A DNA stretch of 63,601 nucleotides, the filler included, from Choristocarpus tenellus KU-1152 (taxonomy: Eukaryota > Protista > Phaeophyceae): NCBI GenBank assembly GCA_964200185.2. It is 11 parts of 11 records of this genome, joined end to end, with 100 filler letters (N's around TTAATTAATTAA, not from the genome) between each part and the next. Parts side by side here need not be neighbours in the genome. Positions count along the whole stretch, not along the records: positions 45,206 to 50,768 come from CAXNAD020010414.1; positions 50,869 to 54,531 come from CAXNAD020018649.1; positions 54,632 to 60,956 come from CAXNAD020008389.1; positions 61,057 to 63,601 come from CAXNAD020026890.1; 7 more parts are not named here. One strand, 5' to 3'. Below the pieces are notes generated by a model. That model did not search any database and was not told the DNA's origin. It was given only the letters and a program-made list of their open reading frames with translations. Shown here in pieces: positions 50,022-63,210 of the stretch. How positions within the stretch are numbered: the first letter of the stretch is position 1; each line of letters begins with the position of its first letter. The position numbers and the translations under genes are program-made.

Positions 50022-50640
50022 ATACTTCAACTCATGGGCATGTTGGTATCGGCATTCATCGCCCTTCCCCCACCAGTCTACGAGTTTGGGGTAGGCTGCA
50101 GTCAGTCGGTGCCACAAGTTAAGCATAGTGGAATATATTTGACGTTCCATTTTTCTGCCTTAGCGAGGCTTTGAAAAATGTCCCTCTTAGCACGAAGGGC
50201 TTCGAAATCCTCCACACGCAGAGTCCTCTTCAATTTCCTGGCACTACCACCCAGCGTATTGAGGATTCCCTTATGTACGTAGTAATTGTCTCCCTGTACA
50301 ATATTCTTGGCCTCTCTGCCGGCCCTCATTTGTCCAAACCCGTGATCGTGTATGACCTACCCAAGGATCTGTTTTGTAGCAGGAGTGCAAAATTGCACAA
50401 CTTGGAGAGATTATTGACCAGGAGTTGGAGTCAAACCAGGTCATGATTATTGCCCAGGACAGTGTACGCAATAACATTGCCTCCACACTGGGTTTGTAGG
50501 TTAGCAACCGCGTTTTCATGGTCCACGTGTGTGTTGTCACTGAGCTCTTATAGGTCATGAATGGCCTGGACGTTCCCGAATGGTGTGGACCATGATGATG
50601 TTCGATTAGACTCTTCCAACTCTATCGGACAGTTACGGTA
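50022..50640 (-). pseudogene. Frameshifted copy of an unnamed protein family (paralog at 61261-63210)
   Basis: QILG*VIHDHGFGQMRAGREAKNIVQGDNYYVHKGILNTLGGSARKLKRTLRVEDFEALRAKRDIFQSLAKAEKWNVKY/STMLNLWHRLTAAYPKLVDWWGKGDECRYQHAHELK. Confidence 0.75.
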
Positions 50641-51384
50641 AAATATGTATGGAGTAACAGAACAATCAATTAGTGGTTTAGTTATCAGAACCTTTTACTA
50701 GTGATTAGTTGGAGGAGAATCTTTCTCATATAAAAGGAAATATTTATGATTTTATGGGGACTTGCATGNNNNNNNNNNNNNNNNNNNNNNNNNNNNNNNN
50801 NNNNNNNNNNNNTTAATTAATTAANNNNNNNNNNNNNNNNNNNNNNNNNNNNNNNNNNNNNNNNNNNNTTTTATTTTTTACAAATTGAATGCCCCTTTTT
50901 GTCCTTGTATTTCTTTGTTTTGCGGTGGGGGGGGGGGGCGTTGTCATGAGGGTCCTTGCAACCGTTGTTGTGTTTTGCTGTAATTACTTCAAGTGCTTGC
51001 TCAGGAGGTTTAAATTTTCCTCCAGGCTTGACCCCTCCTCCCCCTTTGTAGGTAGGTCTCTTCCTTGCCGATTTCTAATTGTCGCTGCAATTTTTTTGTC
51101 TGTCACGTAGGAAAGGTTGTGCACAAGAGAAACGAGCAGTTTATCCACTCTGGCTGTTGATTCATTGGAATGCAATGCCTCTTCTAAGGAGAGGTGCTGC
51201 TTCTTCCGGTTGTTTTATCTCCCCCACTCTCAAAAATGTTTTTTCTTACTATTATAGTTTTTATTTCTTGATGTGTAATCAAATTGTCATCTCATCAAAA
51301 CATTCTTTTAAAAAAATGCTACTTCGTTTCAGTATTTCTTTTTTTTTTTTTTTTGTTATTTTTCAATGTATTGATATACTTTAG

Positions 51385-51669
51385 GTGAGCTGGACTGGGG
51401 GTGATGATGGCGATGCAACCGGGGCTTCGGGGACAGGGGGAGTGACACCAGAGGAAGTGGTCTTACCGCAACAGACCGATAGCTGGATGCGTGCTGCGGT
51501 GGAACAGGAGTTGATGAGAGAGCAGCTGGAACAGATGAGGGCTATGTCAGCCCAGCAACAACAGTTTGGTGCTATGGGCGTGGTTGGAGGGAGTATGGGT
51601 GTGATGGGGATTGGGGCAGGGGGGGTGGCTTTGGATCCTCTGGGGCAGTCAACCCTACTCAATGCACAG
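51385..51669 (+). CDS. Internal exon of an unknown protein (Gly/Met/Gln-rich); possible upstream exon at 51111-51192
   Basis: T-rich tract plus TAG acceptor, open frame VSWTGGDDG...LLNAQ, CAG|GT donor, GC-rich relative to its flanks. Confidence 0.65.
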
Positions 51670-52049
51670 GTGCAGTCTTGTTCGGTGCTCTGTGCGATTG
51701 ATTGGCTTGGTCTTTTATTTTGTTTGGAGTATGTTTGAGATATTATCATTTTGAAAAATATTGGTGATACCAGATGTTGAATTAGTTTTTGCTCTCATGC
51801 AGTGAGGAGGAGTGTATCGATATATTTTCCAGGTGTGAACTGCAACCAGATGAAACCCTGTTACTAATAGTGGTGTTTGCATATCATCCATTATTCATTG
51901 GACCTTCTTGTACTTCCTCACCAGTGTGCCTCCGTGTATGTACTTGAATGCATGAAACTTCCCCCCCCCCTCCCCCCCCCTCATTGATGTTTGTTTTATC
52001 CCTTGGTACTGACTTTGCAGGCTTTGTCCTTTCAGCCACCACCTTCTGC

Positions 52050-53300
52050 CCCTGCCCAGTCAGTAATGGGACCAGGGGGCTATTATGTCCCTCAAGGCGT
52101 GCAACACCCACCACCGGCTAATGGGAGAAGCTACAGCTAACCATGACATGTACTGTGGTGATCTTGTCCCTAGGGGAGGGAAAGAACACACTCCGGAAGG
52201 AACCATAGGTGACCTTGTGTGGAAGGGAGTCTTGGCATTGCTATGGTGGAGCATACCGTCTTCCCAGGGTTGGTTTTGGCGACATATGATTGCCACCAAT
52301 TGTACAACAGTTAGTGGTCGAAATGGTTATGATGTTGAGTTATGGTGTGACTGCTGCCTGTTATTTCATGATGAGATCTGAGGTTTCTGGGTGCTGGGTG
52401 TCTTGCCTCATTTTTTTCATGGTCAGCGACATTCCATATCAAGCATTGTGTTGGGGGGGCTGGGGAAGAGGCTAAAGGCCAGGGCTTGATGCTCCAAATG
52501 AGAAGAGAATCCCTGCGACTGTCAAATGAAGTATAGTGCTTCGACCCCCTGCCCCCTTGCGTGGGTGATTCAAGGTCCTTGAAGCCCTTGCCCATTATCC
52601 TTGGCAACTGAGAGGGGACTACTCTGGGGATTGGAGTATAACCCCTGGATTGTGGTTTGCTTGGTATGGAAAGAGATTGTGCTCTATGCCTGTTGACATG
52701 CCACCAGAGTTCAATAGGCCTCTGTCTGCTGCAGTCAACTTGGTGATGTTCTGTGCCAGGTGGTAGCTGTGTTGCAGCAGCTTAACGGTCTTTTTCATCC
52801 TGGGCATAGAGGTGTGATATGTTGCCTTGGCAGTGTGGGGGTGTAGATGTCGTGCGCACGGAGGGTTATGGAATTGTGCATGGGACAGGGTTTGACAGGG
52901 TCCTATGGCACGGAAGGAAGGTTTCATTGATGGGATGGATTGACTTGAGAAATTTGTTGCCACGAAGAGAAATGGGTTAGGTTTACTTCGGGCAAGCCAG
53001 AATAATAATGAGCTGAATGAGGCAGGGACAAGCGTGCATTTTTTGTATGGCGCTACATTAGAGTGAGAGCAATGTGTTGTCTTCTTGTGTGTTTCTCAAC
53101 ATGCAAAGTAGGAGGACAGTCCTTGCCTCTGGCTGTAGCTAAGGAACAGGAAGGTAGATGGACGGACAGGTCTGGTCTAAGGCATGACAACATGGTCAGG
53201 GTTGTACTGCTGGATTGTGATTCGCTGGCAAGACCATTCATCAAGGAAGATATTTCTTTGTGGGTATGGGGCTGGGGGTGGGGCTGGGGCTGCTTAGCTA
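52050..53300 (-). mobile_element. Decayed non-LTR retrotransposon 3' part (RNase H-like and C-terminal Cys/His motif)
   Basis: Weak frameshifted motifs RHLHPHT.K (RNase H H..xH-like) and GVCS....KITTVHVMVSC (C..C....T..H....C-like); strong C/A strand bias. Confidence 0.4.
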
Positions 53301-54631
53301 GGAGGGGAAGAAGAGAAGTAATGGGTGGAGGATGAGAGAGATATTCTGATGTTGTTGTAGTGTCTTTGTTCACGCTACTGTTGTGGTGTTTGTAGTGTGT
53401 TGGCAGGGGATGGTACTGAGGTTTTGACATACAAGTAAGGAGTGCGTAGGAGGAAGGAGTGAAGGGGATAAGTTGTCTATAGTGACGGTGAGTGGTGTGT
53501 TGAGGTGAAAGTGAGTTGGTCTGCCACTGATACGATAGCAAGATGAGTAGGGTAAGGTCAAAGCAGCATATGGGAAGGAATATACGGATCTCTGACGTTT
53601 GGTGCACTGTGATGAATGATTCAACTGAAGAATATACAGTGCAGTCAGCATCATGTCACCCCGCCCGTGATTCATAGTACTAGTAGTTAGTGGGGGGATT
53701 GGGTGATTGTGGACTTCCTCTGGAAGAAAAGGTGCTTGTAGTGGAAGGGCTGGCGTATATGATGCAGTTATAGTAGTAGTGGTAGTTTATGTACTGTTTG
53801 AGGCCACTCCTGGTCTCTTCTTTGTTCCAACAAGTCAGTCAGTCGTACACATTTTTTGGTTTCTTGTTACTCTTTTTCAGGGCAACTTGTTCTGTTTATC
53901 CATGTATATGCACAGGGGTGTGGTTGGTGCCAGTGATGGTGATGGTGATGAGCAATTGTGTTCCCAAAGTATGTGGTTCTTTCTGCAGTTGTTTATTTGC
54001 AATACACAGTTTTGAAACTGCCATACACGGCAATGTGTGGTATATGAGACTGGGTCTATCAGGGTGGTGTAGAAGGAGACAGAATCAGTAGAACAGTAAT
54101 CAAATCAGTCACCACTGATTTGTTTGAGAATATTGATTGGTATTGATTGTGTTTTTTGTCTGTTTTGTGGGGTGAACAGTATATATACTGTTACTGTTGT
54201 TGGCAACCATGAAACCTTCATACTATGTGAAGAAATATTTGAATGATGTACACGAATGGATGCCTCCTTTGCTATGTGTTCTTATGATCAGAGATGTCAG
54301 GTGGCAGAACAGCAGTCAATGTTCACAACAGCTGGATAGGCAGATACGATTTTGTTGTTTAGCCTCAACTGTTAGGAATGCCTTCCCATGTATGTGGAAA
54401 CTCCTATTCATCGTATGCTGCATCCACAAATGATGCCGTCCACTTCACCAATCCGCAGACCACCACCAAACAGGGATTTCTCAAAATTGAGGATGGTGCA
54501 GGACTATGAGGATGGTTGTTTTGCGAAAACGNNNNNNNNNNNNNNNNNNNNNNNNNNNNNNNNNNNNNNNNNNNNTTAATTAATTAANNNNNNNNNNNNN
54601 NNNNNNNNNNNNNNNNNNNNNNNNNNNNNNN

Positions 54632-57600
54632 TCTCCCTCCTCCCCCCCTCGCTTCTCAGTATCCCCACCCAACTCCAATCCTTCTTCACCACCCCTTGAC
54701 CAATGAGCGCCGACCAAAATCTGCCTTCCTCTCTGGCTGTCCCCCTGAGGCAGCACCTTCGGCAGTGCTTCAAACTTGCATCCCGTCCCTGGACCTGGAC
54801 CTGTACTTGGACCTGTACTTGGACCTGGACCTGTACTTGAACCTTCCCCAAGCGCCACCTCTCTTCGGCGCAGACCATGTGCAATGACTGCCAAGACCTC
54901 ATGGAGAGTCTCTGAACTCAAGGGAACTCGTTGGAGCAAGGACTCCCCGTTCTTGCTCTCCTCTTTAATTTCCTGCTGCTCCCTTTCACAGCCGTCGCCC
55001 CCACCTTCCCCCCCAACACTTGGGCAGCCATCACAAGGGGTACTCTCCTCGATGCACGAGGAATCTCGAACAACGTCAAGGCTTAGGCCTGCTTCCATCA
55101 GGATGGAGATGACTGCCTCATGGTCCCGCCTTCGAAGGTGTCGCTCATGGTCTAACGCCTTCCTGGTTAGTCTCAGGCACAATTGCGTGCATAAATTAGC
55201 AACAAGAGGAGAGCATTATCAGAGACATCGTTCCCACAACACCACAGGGCAGCACACTCACATAAACATGGGAGGGCGTTACTCTCCCACAAATGGGTTT
55301 ATGCTAAATTGAATTTGGTACTGGTAAGTGGCAGCGTTCTGGAGGCCAGACACAGACAGGCTGGAGGCGTGGGGTGACAAAGAGAAGTGGTAAGGCAAGC
55401 CATTATGATAATAAACTGGGGTCCGTCCCCTTCTCATAGTACCAAAACAAATCGCCTACTATCAGGAGTACATTATCATAGACATGGATTATCCTGCAAA
55501 AGATACCCTCCCTTTTCACCTCATAGACTTACAACAAGACTACATTACACCAAGTAGAGTCTATCCTCTCCATATTCTACAGTCTTTCCCCAGGCCACCA
55601 ACGCCATCCCAACCCCTCCCAAACTCACAAAGACTGACACCAAATTTTGCGCATACCTCAGAACAGCTGCAGCTGCTAATGGTCCCCCCCCCCCAGCCCC
55701 ACCCCTTCCCCCCCTTGCACTGTGTCCAGTGCTGATTAACGACCGGGTTGTTGGGGGCGAAGCAGGACTCGGAGGGTCACCCCTTGGAGTGAGCCCCCCT
55801 CTCCCAAGTTCATCACCACTGTCACTGCCAGCACAACCACCAGCACCGCCCCCACGGTCACCAGCACAATCGGTAACGCCTTCCATGCCAGCAAAAGAAT
55901 TCTTGAATAACCCACCGGAACTACTACTGAGTCCATTAGAGCTTCCCAGCAGGTCCTCATTGGGATCAGAGGTTTCTGCCGTGGGAGGCGATTGTCCAGA
56001 GGTAGAAGAGGATATCCACCTTTTCCTCTCCCCCCTCCACTCTGCCCCACCAACCACCGTAGCTGCCTCTGCAAACTCATTGTCTCTTCCTTGCCTTCGC
56101 CGCTCATCCTGCCCCCCCCCCCAGCCCTGGCCCCGGCCCTTGCCCCGGCCCTGGTTCTCGCTGTCCTGATTGCGGTCACACTCATGGTGGCGATCGCGAT
56201 GGCTGCCCTGGAACTCCTGCAACATGCCTCCTCCTTTCAGATCGGTGATCTGTTTGAGGAGGGATGTGTTCTGCAGCGACAAGTCCATGCTCATACCCCG
56301 AAGCTCCTCCAGCTATGATTGCAAGCACAGAAAGAGGGAGATTGGGGGGGTTATGAAAAGGAAAATGCCTCGATACAGTTCGTATTGAGACATACAACCA
56401 GGATACTACCTATAGGGGCAGGGCAAAGTTCAACCCTAACCCTTGAATAACAACTGAACGGTGTGATGTTGTGGTGAGGAAGGCGCATCCTCTAACTTGT
56501 TTGTTCCCCTGCCACTCATCAAAGCTAGCCCTAGCCGGATCACACCACGTGCATGATCCAATTCTTCTGCTCTTACAACCTCTGACAACCTCACTCCTCG
56601 CCATGGCATGCAGACAGACTACAGTAGTGTAACCGATTTGATAAACTTTTTTTACAACTAGAAGACCCTGCATGCAGGCGGCAAAACACCTCAACCCACT
56701 TCAAATGGAGCCCCTTTTTTAACTCCATTACTAGACCACTTGAGACTGAAGTCTCAGTCTAAGCTGCAAACGCCATACTCAACGCAGACAACATCACCCC
56801 CAACCAAAGATCACCGCCTTCCAGCACTCTTTACCATCCGGAAAAGACACAAACCTAAACACAACCTCCTTAGAACATTCTTAACTACAACATTACAATC
56901 CTTATTTTGACCTACAGCTACCGCAGCATATACCCACACACCAGCACCAAACACACGCCTACCCACACTTAAAGCAAAACTTCCCTAATACTCAAATTGA
57001 AACCCTCCCAAGCCCCCACTCCCACCCCCACCTCCTCCCCCAAGCACACACAACAAAACCGAACAAATAGGGCAAGCAACCTAAGGTACTACACCTCGTC
57101 ACCTCTGTAAGCACATCCTCAAACCCATCCTTGCTCGTCCATTCTTCCCAAGCCTCAGAAACACAGGCCCGTTCTGCTTCACCATCCACTTCAGTTCCCT
57201 CCCCCCTCACTGCCCGTTTGAGAAGGAGACGCCATCGATCCTCTTGCCTTTGCCACTGCTCCTGCACCAGACGCCGGTCCTTCAACACACATTTTGCAAT
57301 AAAAATCACCCACAGACAAGGTAAGACCAGCGGACCAGGCACAAACATTGCGCTCTATTCGCGTCCATGATTGGATTAAACACCGATACAACCGTTGTTT
57401 CGAGCGTGTGAAAGGGGTAGGGTTGCCGAGGGTGACTGCATGTATGCATGTGCATGCAAGTGCAGTGTTACATTAAAAAAAAAAAATAGGGTTTCAGTTT
57501 AGATGGCGTTATGGAATGACGTGAGAAAAAAAGAAGTTGGCAGCACGTACGCAATTTCTTGTGCTATTATTATTATTATTACTATTCACTCTTTTATTTA

Positions 57601-58162
57601 TTCATGTCAAAACAACCCACATACCCTTCTGCCTACTGCCTACTGCCTACTGCCTTTTTTCAAACCAATGGAAAGCGGAAAGTATATGACTCAGTCAGCG
57701 CCCCTCCCCCCGCCCCCCAACCTCCTCCCCCTCCCAAAAAAAATAAAAATGTTCCCATTCAAAACCTTTGCCGCATACTTACCCACCAGATAAGGCATTA
57801 TTGTGTGTGCCTGTCTCTGCACTGTTATACAACCATACAAACCTGCCAATGCTTGTTATCAGTATGCCGTGTGTGTGTGTGTTTGTGTGACAACAATCAC
57901 AAGAATAATAAAAAGACAAAAATGAATGGTGGGCCCAGGCACCGCTTGCCCAGATAGAGGCCCTAGAGCGCCCCAGAGCACACAATGTCTGTGGCGCAAA
58001 CATCGGGAGGCATCCTTTTCTGGAGGAAGGGTGGCCCTGACCATTTCCTTAAGGTTAGGGTTAGGGGGGCAAAAATATTCAGTGAAAACAGACTCCTCAA
58101 AGAGGCGTGTTCGGAGAATGAACAACCTGACGCTTGAAAATCACCCCCAACAAATTGTTCAC

Positions 58163-58210
<48 letters not shown>

Positions 58211-58330
58211 CCAAACTCTTGCGCACACTTTGTAAAATACCTACGCTTATCAACAATAATACAATACAATACTACAGTTTCACAATGCGTCCATCGACGT
58301 CGTACCGAGATATCAAGCAAAAAAATAAGA

Positions 58331-58369
<39 letters not shown>

Positions 58370-60621
58370 CCAAGACTGTACAAATAAAAAAAACATTGCT
58401 GATCAGTTTTACTTCATCACTTATCCATCTACATCATAATATCACATATCTGTTTATCTTTAGTACTGCACAGTATGCGTAGCTTCATTGCATTATAAAT
58501 CCATCTACATCATTCACCAAGCAAGAAGCATCGAGCACAATCTGGATTTCACCACCAACACACAAAACAAGCGTCACAGTGCATCACAACAAGACAAGAC
58601 CTTACACGAGGCAGCAACACATGGAGGGAGCAAGAGGAAGAACTGTTTCCTTTAAAAAAAAAGAAGGAAATCTACACTAGGGGCACACGTTAAGAAGGAA
58701 AAAACTACCTAAACTGCGGAGTGAAAGTATCTTAGAGGGTACGAGTTTTTCTCTGTTTGCCCGTTTGGGGCTTGGCTTCCCACGGGTTTTTAATGAGATG
58801 TCACCTACTCCAAAATGTTTAGGAGCAGGTAATATGTATACGTTATGAAAAGATGTCCGGAACAAGGATATTGACATCTCCTAACAAACACGATAGCCAA
58901 AATTACACCAAAATTATATCAAAATTGCAACATTGGATTTTGGTCCCCAAATGGACGCGGCTCTACCCTCTAAGATACTTTGACTCTGCATGATTTTTTT
59001 TTAAAGTGTCTAGAAGGTATGTTATCAAAAACTGTACCTAATATCGTCAACAATATCCATATAATGAACTTTGCAGGTACGATGTTAACATACATCTATA
59101 ATACATGTTGTTACCTACCTCTGTGCAATTTCGGCATATTTTTATTATATTTTTCTAATGGGCATTCTAAATTCGACAATCTGGCCCCCGTTGGTGACCC
59201 CTTGCAATAAAAAAGGTCGACTCTCCAACCTCCCTTGGTCAATTAAAACACAGAGCCGAAGGTTCTATCAACTTTCAAAACCCTCTCAACTCACAAAAGG
59301 ACCATGGTAGTAGTAACAGTGGTAGTAGTAGTAGTAGTAGTAGTAGTGATAGTAGTAGTAGTAGTAGTAGTAGCAGGAGTAGTAATAGTAATGTAAGAAA
59401 AAAAAATGAAGTAGACTTATTTTTGTCTTGAATTGTTTTCCATCAATCTTTCCAACTTTCTCAAGGCCCCAAAAAGGATAATCTGAATGCTGTAAGACTA
59501 TATTGGAATAAAATGTCGTATAGCGAGATGTAATAATAATAATAATAATAATATTTTAAAAAAGATCATGGTAAAATAGAACCATTAGAAACAAGGCCCC
59601 TCTCAACTTGGGACCAATCCTAACACACCAACACACCAACACACCAACACACCAACACACCAACAAACAGGTGGGTGCTGTCGCAATCTCACCAGAGGCG
59701 AAAAAAATACTCTCAATTGCTTTTTTTTTTGCAGCTACTCTGTTGTGTGAGTCAATACCCTCGCAGTCGGGATGAGTGGTTTCACTTCATGACAGCCGAT
59801 AGTCACCCCCTCAAGATTGTCAATTTCCAAAACAATTACATATTAAACAAGGAGACCATACTATATTGCTAACGCAAGAGTGTAGCTTAAGGAACATGAA
59901 TACAGACGACAGACACTCAAGTGCAGCGTGACAACATTCCACAATTTGACTACACACTACCGGTCATAAATATGGGGAGGCGTTCGCGATTCTGACCAAG
60001 ACATGCGATTGGTCCGCTTCCCGCCGGTGCAACGATAACAGAGGGATCGAAACCTTCCTAGAGAAGTCGTGGACCCCCCCAAAAAACATGTCGACGTACC
60101 CAATCTCCAATCTCCAACTTACTCCGGTACTGCCTTGATGCAATCATTTCCCACAGGCATTCGAAGGACAAACTTTGTATATACTGTACCCTTAATTGAC
60201 AATCAGTACCCTTAATTGACCTTTGCAAATTGCAGGGTTAGGGTTAGGGTTACCAACAGCGTGTATGATAGGGTTAGGGCTTCTCCAAACTGTTGCCGAG
60301 TACGCCCCAATACTCCTCCATTTCACATGCGTTCTCATTTCCTAACACACCCTTGCCCTTAACCCCATCCCTAACCCCAATCCAAACCCTATCTCACACA
60401 CCAACCTCAAAACAGCAAACGCCTTATCATACCTCTGATCGTGCCCTCTCTAGGTCATCCTTCGCTCGAAGCACTGCTGCCAGCCTATGAACCAGCTCTG
60501 CCTCCCTCTCCCCCGAGGATCCAAGCTGGGCCTCCCCACCCTGGGCCCTTTTGGAGGCCGCCTCCAACTTGAAGCCTAGTGCAGCGATCTCCTCACGAAG
60601 AGATACATTTTCCAGTTTAGT
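54632..60621 (-). CDS. Partial multi-exon coiled-coil/low-complexity protein; exons ~60433-60621, ~57095-57290, ~55600-56312, ~54632-55174
   Basis: Same-strand GC-rich frames TKLENVSLREEIAALGFKLE..., VQEQWQRQEDRWRLLLKRAV, LEELRGMSMDLSLQNTSLLKQITDLK, LTRKALDHERHLRRRDHEAV, with plausible splice sites. Confidence 0.7.
58165..58366. repeat. (CT)n microsatellite at 58165-58205 facing (GA)n at 58328-58366
   Basis: Read directly from the sequence. Further simple repeats: (GTA)n 59307-59390, (TAA)n ~59531-59552, (AACACACC)5 ~59621-59661. Confidence 0.97.
58719..58986 (+). mobile_element. MITE family A with a 10-bp internal duplication
   Basis: TIRs as above; CAAAATTACAC/CAAAATTATAT duplication; TGC on both flanks with one extra base on the left. 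Confidence 0.95.
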
Positions 60622-61260
60622 CTGAACGGATGATGTCCACCACGAGAGCATGGGAAGAGGAATACAGGGGGGGTGTTTCAGGTAGGGTAGGTTGTGGAGT
60701 GAGGGAAGGGAGGCATGAAGGCGATGCTCAGTAGGAGATTAATTGGAGAAGGTTCTTTGGGACAGGAGCAGCAGGGTTATGTGAGACACATTGGAAAGGG
60801 CTATGGTTAGATAAGGGTTGAGCGCAGAGAGTACAGGTGAAATGGGTTAGGGTAAGACAGTGACAGTGGAAAAGATGTAGGTGGGAGGGGGGGGGGGGGG
60901 GGGGAAAAGGGAACACCATAACGTTGGGGAAACAGATAAAAGGCACAAAAAAAAAANNNNNNNNNNNNNNNNNNNNNNNNNNNNNNNNNNNNNNNNNNNN
61001 TTAATTAATTAANNNNNNNNNNNNNNNNNNNNNNNNNNNNNNNNNNNNNNNNNNNNGTGTAGACCCCCCCCCCCCTCCCAGATACTTTGGGTCTCTGACT
61101 GATAGCAATGTATCTGATACCACTGTCTAAATGCATAACCCATCGAATGGAAAGTGCATGAACATGGTAGTCGGACACCAAGGCAAGGTACACTGATTTA
61201 TGCATTAGTGTACCTGTAACTCGATCCGTACTTCAACCAAAAACTGAAACGACTGAACCC

Positions 61261-63210
61261 CTATTTCAATTGATGGACAGACTCGAAATAGTATTCGTCA
61301 CCCTTTTCCCACCACTCTGCAAGCTTAGGGTATGCCTCGACAAGAAGGTGCCATAGATTTAGGCGTATAGAGTACCTGCTCTTCCAAGGTTCGGGCTACA
61401 CGAGGTTCGAGAAGATGGCCTTCCTCGCCTGGAGTGCTTCCACATGCTCGGGACGTAACGTGCTGCCTGGCTTCCCTCCACGATCGCCGAGTTTAACCTG
61501 TATGGGCTCGTGGACGTAGCATTCATCCCCGAAAACAAGAGAAACGACCCCTTTACTGGCCTTGATGATCCTGAACCAATGGTCGTATATGACTTGGGTG
61601 AGGATTTGAGTCTGCATTCGATACTGCGAAGAAGAAAGGTTCGTTGCCGATCGTAGGGGCTTGGTAACGCACGCCTCCTTGAAGGCTTCGGTGATCCCCG
61701 CATTGGATGCATTGCCGGAGTCGGCCATGTCCTGTGTGACGCAATCGTCATCACCATGTGATGACCTTTCGTCCTCATCGTCGAAACCTCGAGGTAGATG
61801 AACACGGATTTACCGCGTATCTGCTCTTTTTGGTAGAAGCGAAGACTTCTACAAAGAAACCAGGTTCTAAAGCGCTGCCATCAGGACCTCGAGGCTGTTT
61901 GAAGGGTCTCATCCGTCCACCACCTTCTCTCACCCTCTTGTTCCTATTTATCGTCCTTTTCCTCTTTCCTTTACCCTTCTCGGAAGGCTTTTCCCTCGGT
62001 CTTGGGCTAGGATCGGCATGGGCGTGGTTCTTACTTTGCCTCACAGTATCATTGTAGGTGTTCCCTGGCACCTTGGACTCATCGCCAGAACCCCCTGTGA
62101 CAATGTACAGTGTGAAACTGTCCAATGTCGGTAAGATCTGTGAGGGTCTAGGTTGTGTGTTTGGTGTTCGGAACGATGTTTGATGTTAACGTATGGCGAT
62201 GTTGTACAATGATGTAATTGCTTACCTGTGTGTTCGTCGCTGGTGTTCAGGGTAACACCCTCAGAGTATTTGACGATGTCCAGGTATTTTGTACCCTCCT
62301 CCACATCCTCCCTCAACACGAGACCCCTTTTCACCTGTGGATTTTATGGGGTTACAATAATGTGCGCGATCAGGGCTTTTATTGTGATGTGACTTGCTAC
62401 GAACTCAAATACGGTGGACAGATTAGATTAACCTCACACTCCGTTGAGTACCTCCTCGCTGAGGATGTATGTTTTCTTTGGAGGACCCTCTTGTGAAGAC
62501 CCTGCTGAGGAGTCATCGGCGTAGGGGTCTATCCGAGCTCGTCTTTCCTCTTGAGGTTGTTCATGACCTGTACGGCGACCTCCAGGACAGCCCTCTTGAT
62601 GAGGACATTCTTTGTGTGCATACGTCTTAAGTATGCCAATTGGATCTTCCATGGCTGCGATGCCCAACCCTCCTCGGCCTGGGCAGCAGAGGCAGGGTCT
62701 GGATCGCCGTCCCCTGGACTGTTCTTCTTCCCCTTTCCTCTTGTCCTCTTCTTATTTCCTTTGTCCAGGTCGGTTGGGGGCTGTTTGTTCCGGACGCCCC
62801 TTAGAGTGTGGGAGAACTGTCATGGAGAAGCGCATGGGTAGTGGAATGGTATGTCACATGCATGACATGGGTGTCTGTCTCGCAAGGAACAAACTAGACA
62901 GTAAACATTGCGGCTGTTGCAGGGTCAGCAGTGGGGTATATGTATATACATCCATACGTTGCTTGAATCGTCACGGTCAAAGATTGACCTACCCATTCCT
63001 CTGGAAATGTCTCCGTCCCAACAACATATGTCAATTAGAGCATGTCAGTAGGCAATTTTTTGGCTGCCTGCTCTGAGAAGATGTGCGCAGCCACCTCGAC
63101 AATGTCGCGCCAGCGATGGCCTTGGGGGGTCTCCCCTCTGAGGATGACTAGTCCGGCTCCAGCGAGGACATCAGTGCACATTCTTGCGAAAATCTGCTCC
63201 TTGATCTCGT
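61261..63210 (-). pseudogene. Probably spliced, pseudogenised gene of an unnamed family (paralog at 50022-50640)
   Basis: C-terminus QTQILTQVIYDHWFRIIKASKGVVSLVFGDECYVHEPIQVKLGDRGGKPGSTLRPEHVEALQARKAIFSNLV*PEPWKSRYSIRLNLWHLLVEAYPKLAEWWEKGDEYYFESVHQLK*. Upstream are basic low-complexity segments and an exon-like block (~62993-63217) with an in-frame stop. Confidence 0.75.
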
